Shown here: positions 9,188 through 20,022 of the stretch, piece by piece
Layout: every line of letters starts with the position of its first letter
Numbering within the stretch: the first letter of the stretch is position 1
Sequence record: NZ_CP143948.1
Length of the DNA: 64,000 nucleotides
Source: a plasmid
Strand: one strand, 5' to 3'
Program-made: the position numbers and the translations under genes
Notes under the pieces: generated by a model
Database searches by the model: none
The model's input: only the letters and a program-made list of their open reading frames with translations
Told to the model about the DNA's origin: nothing

Positions 9188-10075
9188 TTATCCCTTTACG
9201 GCACCAAGTGTTAATCCTTTCACAAAATATTTCTGCAAAAAAGGATAAAGTAATACAATAGGTCCTGTTGCAATAACTGTCATAGCCAATTTCAGTCCCT
9301 CTGACGGCATCTGTCCTACCTGCATTCCTGTCTGATTAGCAATTCTTTTAAGCGCTTCCGAACTATTCAATATATTTTGCAATGTGTATTGAAGGTTCCA
9401 ATTATCACTTCCACTCATAAACAACATACAATTATACCAATCATTCCAGTATGCAAGTGCAATAAATAACGTTAATGTTGCTACAAGTGGCTTAGCCATT
9501 GGTAAAATTATTCTCATATATATAAAGAAATCCCCTGCACCATCTATTTTAGCAGCCTCAGTTATTTCAAAGGGAATTCCCTTCATAAAGCTTTTTGCAA
9601 TAATCATGTTCCACACTGAAAATAATCCCGGAATAATAAGTGAATAAATATGATTATTAAAATTAAGATATTGTGTACACAACAAATACCATGGCACCAG
9701 TCCTCCACTAAAAAGAGTAGTGAAAAAGAAGAAAAAAGAAACACCATTTCTCCATGGGAAATCAGGTCTGGATAATACATATCCTGTCATAGTAGTCATA
9801 ATAATTGAAAGTACAGTTCCAATTATCGTTACAAAAATCGTCACACCATAAGCATGTATAATACTTTGTGGATTTTTTAGGGCAAGCTTATAAGCTTCTG
9901 TAGAGATATTTTTTGCTGTAAGAAAAAAACTGTATCCTTCTTTCACTATCGTACTTTCATCAGTTAACGAGCCTGTAACTATCAAATAAAAAGGAAGCAA
10001 ACACGCAACTGCAAATAAACCAACCAAAACATATGCCAATATATTAAAAATTATTTGATCTTTTCCTTTAATCAT
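9188..10075 (-). CDS. Carbohydrate ABC transporter permease (LplC/MalG-type)
   Basis: EAA loop EAAKIDGAGDFFIYMRIILPMAKP; six TM helices. Confidence 0.85.
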   Translation of the reverse strand: MIKGKDQIIFNILAYVLVGLFAVACLLPFYLIVTGSLTDESTIVKEGYSFFLTAKNISTEAYKLALKNPQSIIHAYGVTIFVTIIGTVLSIIMTTMTGYVLSRPDFPWRNGVSFFFFFTTLFSGGLVPWYLLCTQYLNFNNHIYSLIIPGLFSVWNMIIAKSFMKGIPFEITEAAKIDGAGDFFIYMRIILPMAKPLVATLTLFIALAYWNDWYNCMLFMSGSDNWNLQYTLQNILNSSEALKRIANQTGMQVGQMPSEGLKLAMTVIATGPIVLLYPFLQKYFVKGLTLGAVKG

Positions 10076-10085
10076 CTTTTCCTCC

Positions 10086-10997
10086 CTAGAATAATGTGTA
10101 ATCGGGATCTACTTTTTTCACAATTCCATTTGCAACTAAAATTGTCACAAAACATAAAACAGATTGATACAAGCCTGCTGCAGCCGTAAGTCCAACATTA
10201 GGTGATGTAGTCAACATTCTATATATATATGTGTCCAAAATATCTGAGCTCTTCAACAACAACTGATTTGATCCAACTAATTGATAGAACATACCAAAGT
10301 CACCTCTAAATACATTTCCCAATGCAAGTAAAACCATAATCATAATTGTTGGTTTTAAACTGGGTAATGTAATATACCTGATTTTCTGCCAAATAGATGC
10401 TCCATCTATAGATGCTGCCTCATATAAATCCTTACTAATTCCTGCTATTGCAGCAAGATATACCACAGTTCCATAGCCTGTTTGTTTCCATAATCTGACC
10501 AAAACCAAAACTATCGGCCATTTGTTAACTTGTTTATATATACTAAAATCAGTCACCCCAAAATGTGCTAATACTGAATTTAAAACTCCATTATCTCCAA
10601 ATATGTTTAACATAATTGTAGAGACCACAACCCATGATATAAAATATGGGAGAAACATAAATCCTTGAGCAAATTTCTTAAATACAACATTATTAATTTC
10701 ACTTAACAATATTGCAAATCCAACTTCAAATATTAATCCTAGAAATATAAATGCTATATTATATAGCAACGTATTTCTTGTAAGGCTCCATATTTTTCCA
10801 GATACAAATAAATATTGAAAATTGCTCCAACCACACCACGGACTTTTAAATATTCCGAGCGTATACTTGAAATCTTTAAACGCAAGTACTATCCCTGACA
10901 TTGGTAAATAGCAAAATATAATTACATATGCCAAAGCTGGTATCAACATACACAAAAGCACTCTGCTTTTTTTCATTTTTCCACATAACTGTTTCAT
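10086..10997 (-). CDS. Carbohydrate ABC transporter permease (LplB/MalF-type)
   Basis: EAASIDGASIWQKIRYITLPSLKP. Confidence 0.85.
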   Translation of the reverse strand: MKQLCGKMKKSRVLLCMLIPALAYVIIFCYLPMSGIVLAFKDFKYTLGIFKSPWCGWSNFQYLFVSGKIWSLTRNTLLYNIAFIFLGLIFEVGFAILLSEINNVVFKKFAQGFMFLPYFISWVVVSTIMLNIFGDNGVLNSVLAHFGVTDFSIYKQVNKWPIVLVLVRLWKQTGYGTVVYLAAIAGISKDLYEAASIDGASIWQKIRYITLPSLKPTIMIMVLLALGNVFRGDFGMFYQLVGSNQLLLKSSDILDTYIYRMLTTSPNVGLTAAAGLYQSVLCFVTILVANGIVKKVDPDYTLF

Positions 10998-11015
10998 ATT
11001 GTTCTCTATTCCTTA

Positions 11016-12302
11016 TCATTTTTTAAAATCATTAAATATTTGCAGCGATTGTAATGCAACACCATTTTTATCAAATAAAGTCATGTTATCCCACGAACTT
11101 CCTTGTGCAGATGTAGCATATTGAGAACCATTTAATACAAACAAATTCTCATAATTTTCTGAAACTGATGAACTCCATCCAGTTCCACAAGAATCACTAA
11201 TTCTTTTTGAGGTGCCTATCCAAGATGGTTCCCAATAAAATCCACCAAGTCCATATCCTTTTGTTTTTTCTATACTATTAACACTTGCAACCGCATTAAA
11301 AATATCACTAATAGCTTGCTTCTGACCAGAAACACTAATAGGATAATCACAATATGTCATATCTTCTTTAGAGCCAATATTATTCACTGTATCATCAGCA
11401 TTGTTAAAAGTATAAGGATATGCTGTTTCAGCTACCATAACTTTCTTATTATATTTAACAGAAATATTTTTTAATGTAGATGCTAAATCAGATGCATGCC
11501 CAAACCAAAATGGATAAGCTGACACAGACAAAACATCATAATCTACACCTACATTTCTAACCTGCTCTGCATACCATTCAGAAGTTGTTGTTGGATCTGT
11601 GAAATGTAATACACGAAGTATCTTTTTGGAATCTGAATAACCATAATATTTATTAATATCATTTACTGCATTGCATCCACTTTTCAATCCATCTCCTACA
11701 CCAGATGTTAAATTCCACACTCCATCATATAATCCACCCATTCCACACATAGAACCATTTGTTTCATTTCCAATCTGTACCATCCCCACGTTAATTCCCG
11801 AATCAATCAACGTTTTTAATGAACTAAAAGTAAATTGATAAATCGACGATATCTTTTGTGAATTTGAATAATTTTTCCATTCTTTTGGTGCATACTGTTT
11901 TGCTGGATCAGCCCAAAAATCTGAATATTGAAAATCCACAAAAACCTTCATTCCCTTTTCGGTAGCCCTTTTGCCTATTTCTATGGCTTTCCAAATGTCA
12001 TTATTTCCTCCGCCATATCCTAATCCTGTTTCAGTATCATAAGGATTGTTCCACACACGAACCCGTATATAATTTACTCCAGAATTTTTCAAAATATCAA
12101 AAATATCCCCTTGTTTTCCATCTTCGTAATAAAATTTCTGTCCTGATTTTTCAAATGCTATTATGCTTGATAAATCCACTCCTCGCACACTAAGATACGA
12201 ATCTGATGACGCCTTGATAATTTCTTTATTCATTGGAATTGACGAAATAATTATCGCAAGTAACAGAATACAGCATAGTGCTCCTTTTCTAATTTTCTTC
12301 AT
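11016..12302 (-). CDS. Secreted GH53 endo-beta-1,4-galactanase
   Basis: Signal peptide MKKIRKGALCCILLLAIIISS; GH53 motifs FQYSDFWADP and VQIGNETNGSMCG. Confidence 0.85.
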   Translation of the reverse strand: MKKIRKGALCCILLLAIIISSIPMNKEIIKASSDSYLSVRGVDLSSIIAFEKSGQKFYYEDGKQGDIFDILKNSGVNYIRVRVWNNPYDTETGLGYGGGNNDIWKAIEIGKRATEKGMKVFVDFQYSDFWADPAKQYAPKEWKNYSNSQKISSIYQFTFSSLKTLIDSGINVGMVQIGNETNGSMCGMGGLYDGVWNLTSGVGDGLKSGCNAVNDINKYYGYSDSKKILRVLHFTDPTTTSEWYAEQVRNVGVDYDVLSVSAYPFWFGHASDLASTLKNISVKYNKKVMVAETAYPYTFNNADDTVNNIGSKEDMTYCDYPISVSGQKQAISDIFNAVASVNSIEKTKGYGLGGFYWEPSWIGTSKRISDSCGTGWSSSVSENYENLFVLNGSQYATSAQGSSWDNMTLFDKNGVALQSLQIFNDFKK

Positions 12303-12407
12303 ATATGAATCCTCCTTTTTTGATATTAAAATATTACATTTTTTTAATAATTAATGCTACGTCATTATTATCTCAACTTAAAACTCACAAATTATGCAAA
12401 ATGTCAA

Positions 12408-12443
12408 AATCTATTAAAATAAGCGTGCGCAATTGTATAATTG
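12408..12443 (-). terminator. Bidirectional rho-independent terminator: a perfect 13-bp palindrome flanked by A/T runs
   Basis: aaaataa-AGCGTGCGCAATT-gtat-AATTGCGCACGCT-ttaaaaa, just downstream of the GH13 stop on the minus strand. Confidence 0.75.
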
Positions 12444-12492
12444 CGCACGCTTTAAAAATCATCCCTCAATTTAATTATATAATTTAATAATT

Positions 12493-14193
12493 TTACTTCA
12501 AAACAAGCACCGAATACGCCGGCAGCTTTGCCGTTCCATCCTTATATGACGGTGCTTTCTTTGTAGTCTGAAGCATTGCAACAGCATCATTTACTCCAAG
12601 CGATGACACATCCACACTTGCTTCATCTTTTGATGGATTAAATATAAGCACTGCTTTCTCACCATTGTACTCTCTTGTGAATATACACACATTATCATTT
12701 GACAGATCCTTTTCAAAGGTATTTGTACCTCGTGCTATCTCTGGGAAAGCATTTCTTATTGATATTGTCTGCTTCACAAAGTTGTAAATAGAGTATGGAT
12801 CCTCCATCTGCTTATCAAGGGTATCATATGTCTGCTCGGTTTCTTCTGCATTCTGAGGTCCCACACACATTCCCTTAGCTTTTGAATCCCCGCTCCATCT
12901 CATGGCAAGACGCTTCGTCTCATCATTGGCTGTGCCTCTCATGCCGATTTCCTCTCCATAATACAGAAAAGCATTTCCAGGCATAAGAAGATTCATGGCC
13001 TGCGCCATCTTGGTTTTCTCCTCGGCATTATCTCCGTTGTAGTATCCTGCGCTGCGCCCCATATCATGATTTGTATAGAACGGTGCATCAATGTATGAGT
13101 CTGTATACTTCTTTATCTCATTTTCCACATCAACCAAAGCATTGCCGTATGTGCTGGCACCATGATTTGCTGTACCGTTTAACACCTTTCCAATATATCC
13201 ATCCTGCTGTGAAAAATCAAAATTGAACATACTGTCAATTCCACTCTTATAGTACTTCGCATACTCTCTGTATGTAGTCCAGCCCTCACCAACCATATAA
13301 GCATCGGCCTTTTTGCTCTTCACATTGTTCACAAGCCATGTGAGGTCATCTATAGTCTCAGTCTGGTTATTATTATTGTAATAAAGCACAGCATCCAGTC
13401 TGAAGCCATCCACGCCGCGGTCAAGCCAGAAGGATGTAACCTTGTCAATCTCGCCTCTTACAGCTTCGCTCTGCAGATTAAGGTCAGGCATGCTGTCTAC
13501 AAACTGTGACTCGTAATACCAATTCGTGCCCGGCAGCTGGTTGTAGCCTCCGGCATTGGTTTTGCTAAAATTATAGTAATCAACATAAGGACATTCCGAA
13601 GCATCCGGCTCCGCCCCATCAGGAAGCGACTTGATATAATCAGCAGCTGCCTTAAACCATGGATGCTCGTTAGATGTGTGATTTATTACAAAGTCAATAA
13701 TCACATTGATGTTTCGCTTGTGACACTCCGTAATGAGCGCATCAAAATCATCCAGAGTACCATACTGCTTGTCAATATTCATATAATCCGTAATATCATA
13801 CTTGTGGTATGAAGGAGAAGGCATAATAGGCATCATCCAGATTTCATTGCAGCCAAGTCCCTCGATATAGTCAAGCTTCTCTGTAAGCCCCTTTAAATCC
13901 CCAATGCCGTCACCGTCACTGTCAAAAAAGCTGTATACGAACACCTCATAGCATGTCCTGTAATTGTCCTGAATCACATTAGGATCATTTTTCGCATTCA
14001 TCTGCTCCATAGCAGAAGGCTTGTACTCCTTCTTTGCTGCCGTCTCGGTATTCTTTCCACCCGCAGCACATCCCGCAAGCATCGACACCGCCATAGCTGC
14101 CGTCAATGCCACAGCAGTCAGCCTGCCCGCCAATCTATTCACAGCCCTGCCGACCATATTGCGGCCGCCTATTTTATTATTAATCATACGCAC
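12493..14193 (-). CDS. GH13 alpha-amylase-family lipoprotein (cell-surface alpha-glucan hydrolase)
   Basis: Lipobox SMLAGC; GH13 regions DFVINHTS, GFRLDAV and MVGEGWT. Confidence 0.85.
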   Translation of the reverse strand: MRMINNKIGGRNMVGRAVNRLAGRLTAVALTAAMAVSMLAGCAAGGKNTETAAKKEYKPSAMEQMNAKNDPNVIQDNYRTCYEVFVYSFFDSDGDGIGDLKGLTEKLDYIEGLGCNEIWMMPIMPSPSYHKYDITDYMNIDKQYGTLDDFDALITECHKRNINVIIDFVINHTSNEHPWFKAAADYIKSLPDGAEPDASECPYVDYYNFSKTNAGGYNQLPGTNWYYESQFVDSMPDLNLQSEAVRGEIDKVTSFWLDRGVDGFRLDAVLYYNNNNQTETIDDLTWLVNNVKSKKADAYMVGEGWTTYREYAKYYKSGIDSMFNFDFSQQDGYIGKVLNGTANHGASTYGNALVDVENEIKKYTDSYIDAPFYTNHDMGRSAGYYNGDNAEEKTKMAQAMNLLMPGNAFLYYGEEIGMRGTANDETKRLAMRWSGDSKAKGMCVGPQNAEETEQTYDTLDKQMEDPYSIYNFVKQTISIRNAFPEIARGTNTFEKDLSNDNVCIFTREYNGEKAVLIFNPSKDEASVDVSSLGVNDAVAMLQTTKKAPSYKDGTAKLPAYSVLVLK

Positions 14194-14552
14194 TCCTTTT
14201 CTTAACTAAATTCTGAGCAAATTTGTATCTACAAAATCACTACACACATTCTCACATCTTTCACAAGGTAGCAACAAACTTAGCACACGGTACCCTCCGG
14301 CCGGAGGGTACACAGTGTGTTCCGAAAAAAAATATGAACTGCCACGGGGTGCCATGCCCCCACAAACAAGCCACACACCTCATATCTCCAAATCCAAGCA
14401 GCGAAGAAAGCCCGTGGCTGACTTCATATTTTTCTGAGGAATATACTGTGTGCCATGCCGGCACCCCACAACCTGAAAATGCTAAGTTTGCCACAACCCA
14501 ATATAAACCAAAAGCCGCCGCACAAAAGTGCAGCGGCCCAAATAAAACCAAA

Positions 14553-15440
14553 TTAGCCTTTGACAGCTCCTGTAAGTCCATCCACGTAGAATCTCTGCAT
14601 GATGACGAAAAGTATTGAGATAGGTATTGATACAATAACTGCAGCAGCAGCCCATCTTGTGAACCATCCGTTTATAAACTCTTTCTCAAGCATGTTGTAA
14701 AGGAGAAGAGATACTGTCCAATACTTGTCGTTTGGACCAACGATAACCTTTACAAATACGAAATCGAGCCATGGAGCAAGGAATGCTGTAAGCACTGTAT
14801 ATACTACGATTGGCTTACTGAGTGGCAGGATTACCTTGTAAAATACCTGAAACTGTGTACATCCGTCAAGGATAGCCGCCTCAGTAAGAGACTTAGGCAC
14901 AGTATCAAAGAATCCCTTTGCGATATAGAAGCCTACTCCCGATCCTGCTGAGTATATGAGGATCAGTGAAAGACGAAGTACGCTACCCTCTGTAAGTCCG
15001 ATAGCCTTTAAGATAAAGTATACGGCAACCATTGACATGAAAGCCGGGAACAATCCAAGAATCATAGCCAGATTCATGAAAGGCTTACGCATCTTAAATC
15101 TCAGTCGTGACATACAATACGCAACAGAAAGTACAAATACTGTTGAAATGATACATGAGAACACTGAAATAAACAGTGTATTAAAAAATGCTCTCGGGAA
15201 GTTCAACAGTGTAGTCTCTGTGAACAGTCTCGTATAGTTGCTAAATGTAAGGCCATGTGGGAAGAAGTACTTTGTATAAGCACCACTCTCAGCTCTAAAG
15301 CTTGTCATAATAATCCAGAAAATCGGGAACAGCCATACTACAGCAAGTATTCCAAGAATGATATGAACAAGGGAATTCTTTGCTACTTTCTTAGCACGTC
15401 CGGCAGACATAGGTCTTTTTGCTTTTGCTACACTACTCAT
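14553..15440 (-). CDS. Maltodextrin/sugar ABC transporter permease (MalG-like)
   Basis: EAAILDGCTQFQVFYKVILPLSKP. Confidence 0.85.
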   Translation of the reverse strand: MSSVAKAKRPMSAGRAKKVAKNSLVHIILGILAVVWLFPIFWIIMTSFRAESGAYTKYFFPHGLTFSNYTRLFTETTLLNFPRAFFNTLFISVFSCIISTVFVLSVAYCMSRLRFKMRKPFMNLAMILGLFPAFMSMVAVYFILKAIGLTEGSVLRLSLILIYSAGSGVGFYIAKGFFDTVPKSLTEAAILDGCTQFQVFYKVILPLSKPIVVYTVLTAFLAPWLDFVFVKVIVGPNDKYWTVSLLLYNMLEKEFINGWFTRWAAAAVIVSIPISILFVIMQRFYVDGLTGAVKG

Positions 15441-16852
15441 TACATGAATCCCTCCTCATCCTTGTATGATTTTGTATTTCTGTATGTAACAAGCGCTACG
15501 ATAGAAAGTACAATGAATGTGAGGATACCGATAACGGCACCGATATTGTACTCCTGATTATCAATAGTCAGCTTGTACAACCACGTAACCAGAAGGTCCG
15601 TCTTTCCTGCACTGTCTCCGACAGGTGTAGGCTTTCCTGCTGATAACAGGTAGATAACGTTGAAGTTGTTGATATTTCCGGTAAACTGTGTGATGATATA
15701 TGGTCCCATGATAAACATGATATATGGGAGTGTGATCTTAAAGAAGATCTGTGCTGCGTTTGCACCATCAATCTTTGCAGCCTCATAAAGCTCTGAAGGC
15801 ACATTCTGTAATACACCTGTAACCTGAAGCATAGTATACGGAATACCTACCCAGCAGTTGATGAGAATAACAGAAACTCTCGCCCACATCGTATTGGTCC
15901 AGAATGGAAGCGGGTTATCTATCCAGCCCCACTCCAAAAGCAGGTTATTAACAGCACCCTGTGGCTGGAACATCTGTCTCATTACAAGGAGTGATACGAA
16001 CTGCGGTACCGCAATTGAGATAACAAAGCATGTACGCCAGAAAGCCTTGCAATGTGTCTCTTTACGATTGATAACGATAGCAAGAATGAGTCCAAGGAAG
16101 TTACAAAGGAAGGTTGCAAATACAGCCCAGCAGATTGTCCATCCAAGTACTCTCCAGAATATCTTACCAAGCTTACCACCAAGTCCAAGCACCTGTCCGA
16201 ATGAGGCGAAGCCTGTCCAGTCGAACAATACCAGATGATCACCCTTTACCGAATAATTTGTAAAGGCCATTGGAATCATGAACAGCAATGGTAAAACGGT
16301 AAAAACAAATATTCCCATAAGTGGGAGAAACATAAGTGTCTTATGTAGGTTTTTATCAAATAAATCCTTGACATCTTTGCCAAAAGAATTGATTTCTTTT
16401 CCAGCTTTTGAAAGGCATTCTGCCTTATATCCGCTCTTTAAATTCTCGCACCACATGTAAATAAATAATACTGTGATGGCAATTGTTATGACGCCATATA
16501 ACAGTAATAATACTGACTGGTCGCCCGCAACATATTCATAAATCTGCTTCTGCTCATTAAATACCTCTTCCTGCTTTCTCCAGCCAAGTGAAGGCAGCAT
16601 GGAAATGTAATAAGCACCAGCGCTAACCATATATGCTATATATGCAATCTCTATAGCAAGAAAAATCAGACCCTTTACGATCTGCTTATGAGCTATATTG
16701 GCAAGACCCATTACAAGTGCCGATAGCTTAACTGTAGCTCCGCCTTTTGTTAGGGCATTGCCAACAGTATACGGAGTAGCAAATTCCGAAACTTTTTTCT
16801 TTTTGTTTGCTCCTATCATACTTTTCCTCCTGGCATGCATTATATATGCCAA
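15440..16852 (-). CDS. Maltodextrin/sugar ABC transporter permease (MalF-like, with N-terminal extension)
   Basis: EAAKIDGANAAQIFFKITLPYIMF; 470 aa with additional N-terminal TM helices, as in MalF. Confidence 0.85.
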   Translation of the reverse strand: MAYIMHARRKSMIGANKKKKVSEFATPYTVGNALTKGGATVKLSALVMGLANIAHKQIVKGLIFLAIEIAYIAYMVSAGAYYISMLPSLGWRKQEEVFNEQKQIYEYVAGDQSVLLLLYGVITIAITVLFIYMWCENLKSGYKAECLSKAGKEINSFGKDVKDLFDKNLHKTLMFLPLMGIFVFTVLPLLFMIPMAFTNYSVKGDHLVLFDWTGFASFGQVLGLGGKLGKIFWRVLGWTICWAVFATFLCNFLGLILAIVINRKETHCKAFWRTCFVISIAVPQFVSLLVMRQMFQPQGAVNNLLLEWGWIDNPLPFWTNTMWARVSVILINCWVGIPYTMLQVTGVLQNVPSELYEAAKIDGANAAQIFFKITLPYIMFIMGPYIITQFTGNINNFNVIYLLSAGKPTPVGDSAGKTDLLVTWLYKLTIDNQEYNIGAVIGILTFIVLSIVALVTYRNTKSYKDEEGFM

Positions 16853-16921
16853 TCCTTTAAACTAATTTATTCCAAGATCCCGGCTACCCGGAACCTTGGA
16901 ATCATAATCTGATCTACTTAA

Positions 16922-18190
16922 TTATTTAAGAGAATCATTAAGCTGAGTATTGAAGTCCTCTGTCTTCTGAGCTGCATTGTCCTTTGTAATCTGGCCTTCT
17001 GCACCGTTCTGGAAAGCATCACCGAATGGTGTAGCCGCATCCCAGTAACCTGACATATCAATGATAGGCTGTGCTACTGAACAATCAGTTGAAACCTTAG
17101 CCATAGCTGCTGCTACAGGATCTGCTGCGATTTCCTCGTTTGTTGCAAGATTTTTGTTTACAGGAGCCTGTCCTCTTAACTTGAAGTGAGCAAGCTGTGC
17201 GTCCTCGCTGCCAAGGAATGCTGCAAGCTTAACTGCTACTTCCTGGTTCTTGCAGTTAGGGTTAACACCGATAGCCTTAGATCCTAAGAATGCCTTTAAC
17301 TGGCAGTCTTTTCCACCAATATTGATTGTAGGAAGAGCTGCAACACCAACGTTCTCCTCACCAAGTGCCTCTTTAACTTTGTCATAGTTCCAGTTACCAT
17401 TGAAGTAAGCGTTGATAGAACCATCTTTAAGTCCAGCAAGACCAAGTGATCCCTCATTGTTATCCATTACAAAGTTTGGATTTGCAAATAAATCTACGAT
17501 GTAGTTTGTAACTGCTGTACCCTTATCTCCACCGAAATCATATCCGGCAGCCTTGTCTGTTCCGTCTCCGAAGATTGTACATCCGTTTGCTGCATAGAAT
17601 GCATTGAGATACCAGCCGTTATCAAATGGGAATGAAACCTTACCCTTTGTAAGCATTGTATCAAGGCTCTTTACATCATCCTCAGAGAAGACTCTCTTGT
17701 CATAGTACATGAACCATGTGTTTGATGTATAAGGAACTGCGTAGATGTCTCCATCATATGTAACTGTTGCAGCCATAGCCTCTGAGTTAGATGTCTTAAC
17801 ATAATCTGCTGTCTCTCCACCTAACTTGGCAATAGCATCTGCCTTAATTAATGGCTCAAGCTGATCGTTTGCAAACATGTAAACATCAGCTGCTGCCTTA
17901 GGATCCTTTGTAACAACATCCTTTGCGTCTGACTCAGATGATGTAACATACTTGAACTCGATGTTGAAATCAGGATTTGCCTTAGCGAATGCCTCGCACT
18001 CTGTCTTAAGCCAAGCGCCCTGTGCATCGTCTAAATCCTCTGCAGGTCCCATTACTGTAATGGTCTCCTTACCGCCGTCCTTCTTGTCGGCTTTCTCTGT
18101 TCCATTTCCTCCGTTGTCGCTTCCGCATCCAGCAAACATTGTTGCTACCATAGAAGCGCAAAGTAAAGATGCTAATACTTTCTTCTTCAT
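16922..18190 (-). CDS. Maltodextrin-binding lipoprotein (MalE-like). The start is moved to MKKKVLASLL
   Basis: Lipobox MFAGCGS. The Gly/Ala/Asp-rich sequence fits family-1 sugar-binding proteins, and it sits directly upstream of the MalFG-like permeases. Confidence 0.8.
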   Translation of the reverse strand: MKKKVLASLLCASMVATMFAGCGSDNGGNGTEKADKKDGGKETITVMGPAEDLDDAQGAWLKTECEAFAKANPDFNIEFKYVTSSESDAKDVVTKDPKAAADVYMFANDQLEPLIKADAIAKLGGETADYVKTSNSEAMAATVTYDGDIYAVPYTSNTWFMYYDKRVFSEDDVKSLDTMLTKGKVSFPFDNGWYLNAFYAANGCTIFGDGTDKAAGYDFGGDKGTAVTNYIVDLFANPNFVMDNNEGSLGLAGLKDGSINAYFNGNWNYDKVKEALGEENVGVAALPTINIGGKDCQLKAFLGSKAIGVNPNCKNQEVAVKLAAFLGSEDAQLAHFKLRGQAPVNKNLATNEEIAADPVAAAMAKVSTDCSVAQPIIDMSGYWDAATPFGDAFQNGAEGQITKDNAAQKTEDFNTQLNDSLK

Positions 18191-18265
18191 ATCTTCCTCT
18201 CCTTTTTGAATATAAAATGTAAAAAAGTATATATATAAATTGCCGTGCAACTTATATCAAATTAA

Positions 18266-19768
18266 TTATCTGCGGTAAACCACCGCAATGTTTCTAATCC
18301 AGGCTATCTTTTCGTTGTCCAGTCTGTGTGGCTTACTTGTCATGCGCCATCTCCAGTTATGTCCGACTGTCGAAGGATAATTCATCCTCGCCTCATTTCC
18401 AAGCTCTAATATATCCTGCATCTGGACTATCGCCAGCTCTGCGGTGCTGTGATACAGCTCCCTGATAAGAGCGTTTGGAACCTGTGATTTATTTTCAATA
18501 TTCAGATACTCATACATATAAGCAAGCTCATAATCTGTCTTGTCACTGAATGAACCAACTATCGTCTCATTGTCATGTGTGCCAATATATGCAACTACAT
18601 GTGAATCGGTATAATTGTGTGGCAGATATTCGTTTGTCGGATCACCATCAAAAGCGAACATCATGACCTTAGTTCCCATCCAGCCCGATTTTGCAAGGAG
18701 CTTTTTCACTCCCGGTAAAAGGCTTGCTGATGTATAATCATCAGCCACTACATTAACCCCTTCAAGCTCTTCGTTAATTGCATTGACAAGCCTGCGTCCC
18801 GGTCCCTTGAACCATTTCCCGGATAGGCTCTTATCCTGTCCGTACGGTACCGCATATGCTTTCACAATTCCTGCGAAATGATCAATCCTGACAATATCAA
18901 AAAGTTCTCTGCATACACGCATTCGCTTTCTCCACCATGAGAAGTTGTCCTCCTTCATGGCATCCCAGTCATACATCGGATTGCCCCACACCTGTCCGCT
19001 CTCTGAATACTTATCAGGACCGGCAGCTGCAACATACTCTGGTGTATCGTTTGCGCTCATCATAAAGAGTTGTCTCTCTGCCCACACATCTACACTGTCA
19101 TATCCTACATAGAATGAGATATCGCCTATTATGTAGACACCTTTTGAGTTAGCATAATTTTTTAAATCCTCCCATTGCTCGAAGAATTTATATTGACAGA
19201 ACTTCCAAAAAGTAATTGTATTATAATTCTTTTTTTGGTACTTTTCAAGCGCAACCGTTTGCGGATTTCTATACTCGTTTGGCCACTCGCTCCAATTTTT
19301 GTATAAATTGTCGGTTTTCAGTGTCATAAATAATGCATATTGCTCAAGCCACTCCGACTGTTTTTTTACAAAATCCTGAAACTCTTGTGCATTTGTATCA
19401 AATCTTTCAAACGCTTTTTGTAAAATCCTGCATCTGTTCTGATGTAATGCTGCATAATCAATTTCTGATTCGTCTGTGCCCCAGTTATACCCCAGGATCT
19501 CTTCCTTCTCTAACAACCCCTCATCTACCAGCTTATCTAAATCTATGAAATAGATATTGCCCGCACAGCCTGATGATGGTTGATATGGACTATCGCCAAA
19601 TATGGTGGGGCCAACCGGAAGAACCTGCCAGTACTTCTGTTTCAAATCACCAAGGAGATCAACAAAATTGTAAGCCTCTCTCCCAAGAGTACCTATACCA
19701 TATGGTGACGGCAGACTCGAGATTGAAAGAAGTATTCCGGAGCCTCTGAGATTTTCTCTGGCCTCCAA
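18266..19768 (-). CDS. malQ: 4-alpha-glucanotransferase (amylomaltase, GH77)
   Basis: The N-terminus GSGILLSISSLPSPYGIGTLG...YNFVDLL is the classic MalQ signature; 500 aa. Confidence 0.9.
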   Translation of the reverse strand: MEARENLRGSGILLSISSLPSPYGIGTLGREAYNFVDLLGDLKQKYWQVLPVGPTIFGDSPYQPSSGCAGNIYFIDLDKLVDEGLLEKEEILGYNWGTDESEIDYAALHQNRCRILQKAFERFDTNAQEFQDFVKKQSEWLEQYALFMTLKTDNLYKNWSEWPNEYRNPQTVALEKYQKKNYNTITFWKFCQYKFFEQWEDLKNYANSKGVYIIGDISFYVGYDSVDVWAERQLFMMSANDTPEYVAAAGPDKYSESGQVWGNPMYDWDAMKEDNFSWWRKRMRVCRELFDIVRIDHFAGIVKAYAVPYGQDKSLSGKWFKGPGRRLVNAINEELEGVNVVADDYTSASLLPGVKKLLAKSGWMGTKVMMFAFDGDPTNEYLPHNYTDSHVVAYIGTHDNETIVGSFSDKTDYELAYMYEYLNIENKSQVPNALIRELYHSTAELAIVQMQDILELGNEARMNYPSTVGHNWRWRMTSKPHRLDNEKIAWIRNIAVVYRR

Positions 19769-20022
19769 ATTACCATTCCTCTTTCCTAAAATTTTCTATT
19801 TTTTTCGTATCTGAGATTATTTTATTTCCTATTGTCAGATTTGTCAATCTTTTTAGTGGTTTTAAACTCATTTTTGCCATTTTTCACGTAATTTACATTC
19901 ATTTTTTGGTAGTTATTACCACAGTTTCGAAGATTTTTTTCGAAAAATTTATTACAGAAAATATTGCCTATTTCTGATAGTAAATGTATAATTTAATTAT
20001 CACATAAGAAAGGACAAATACT

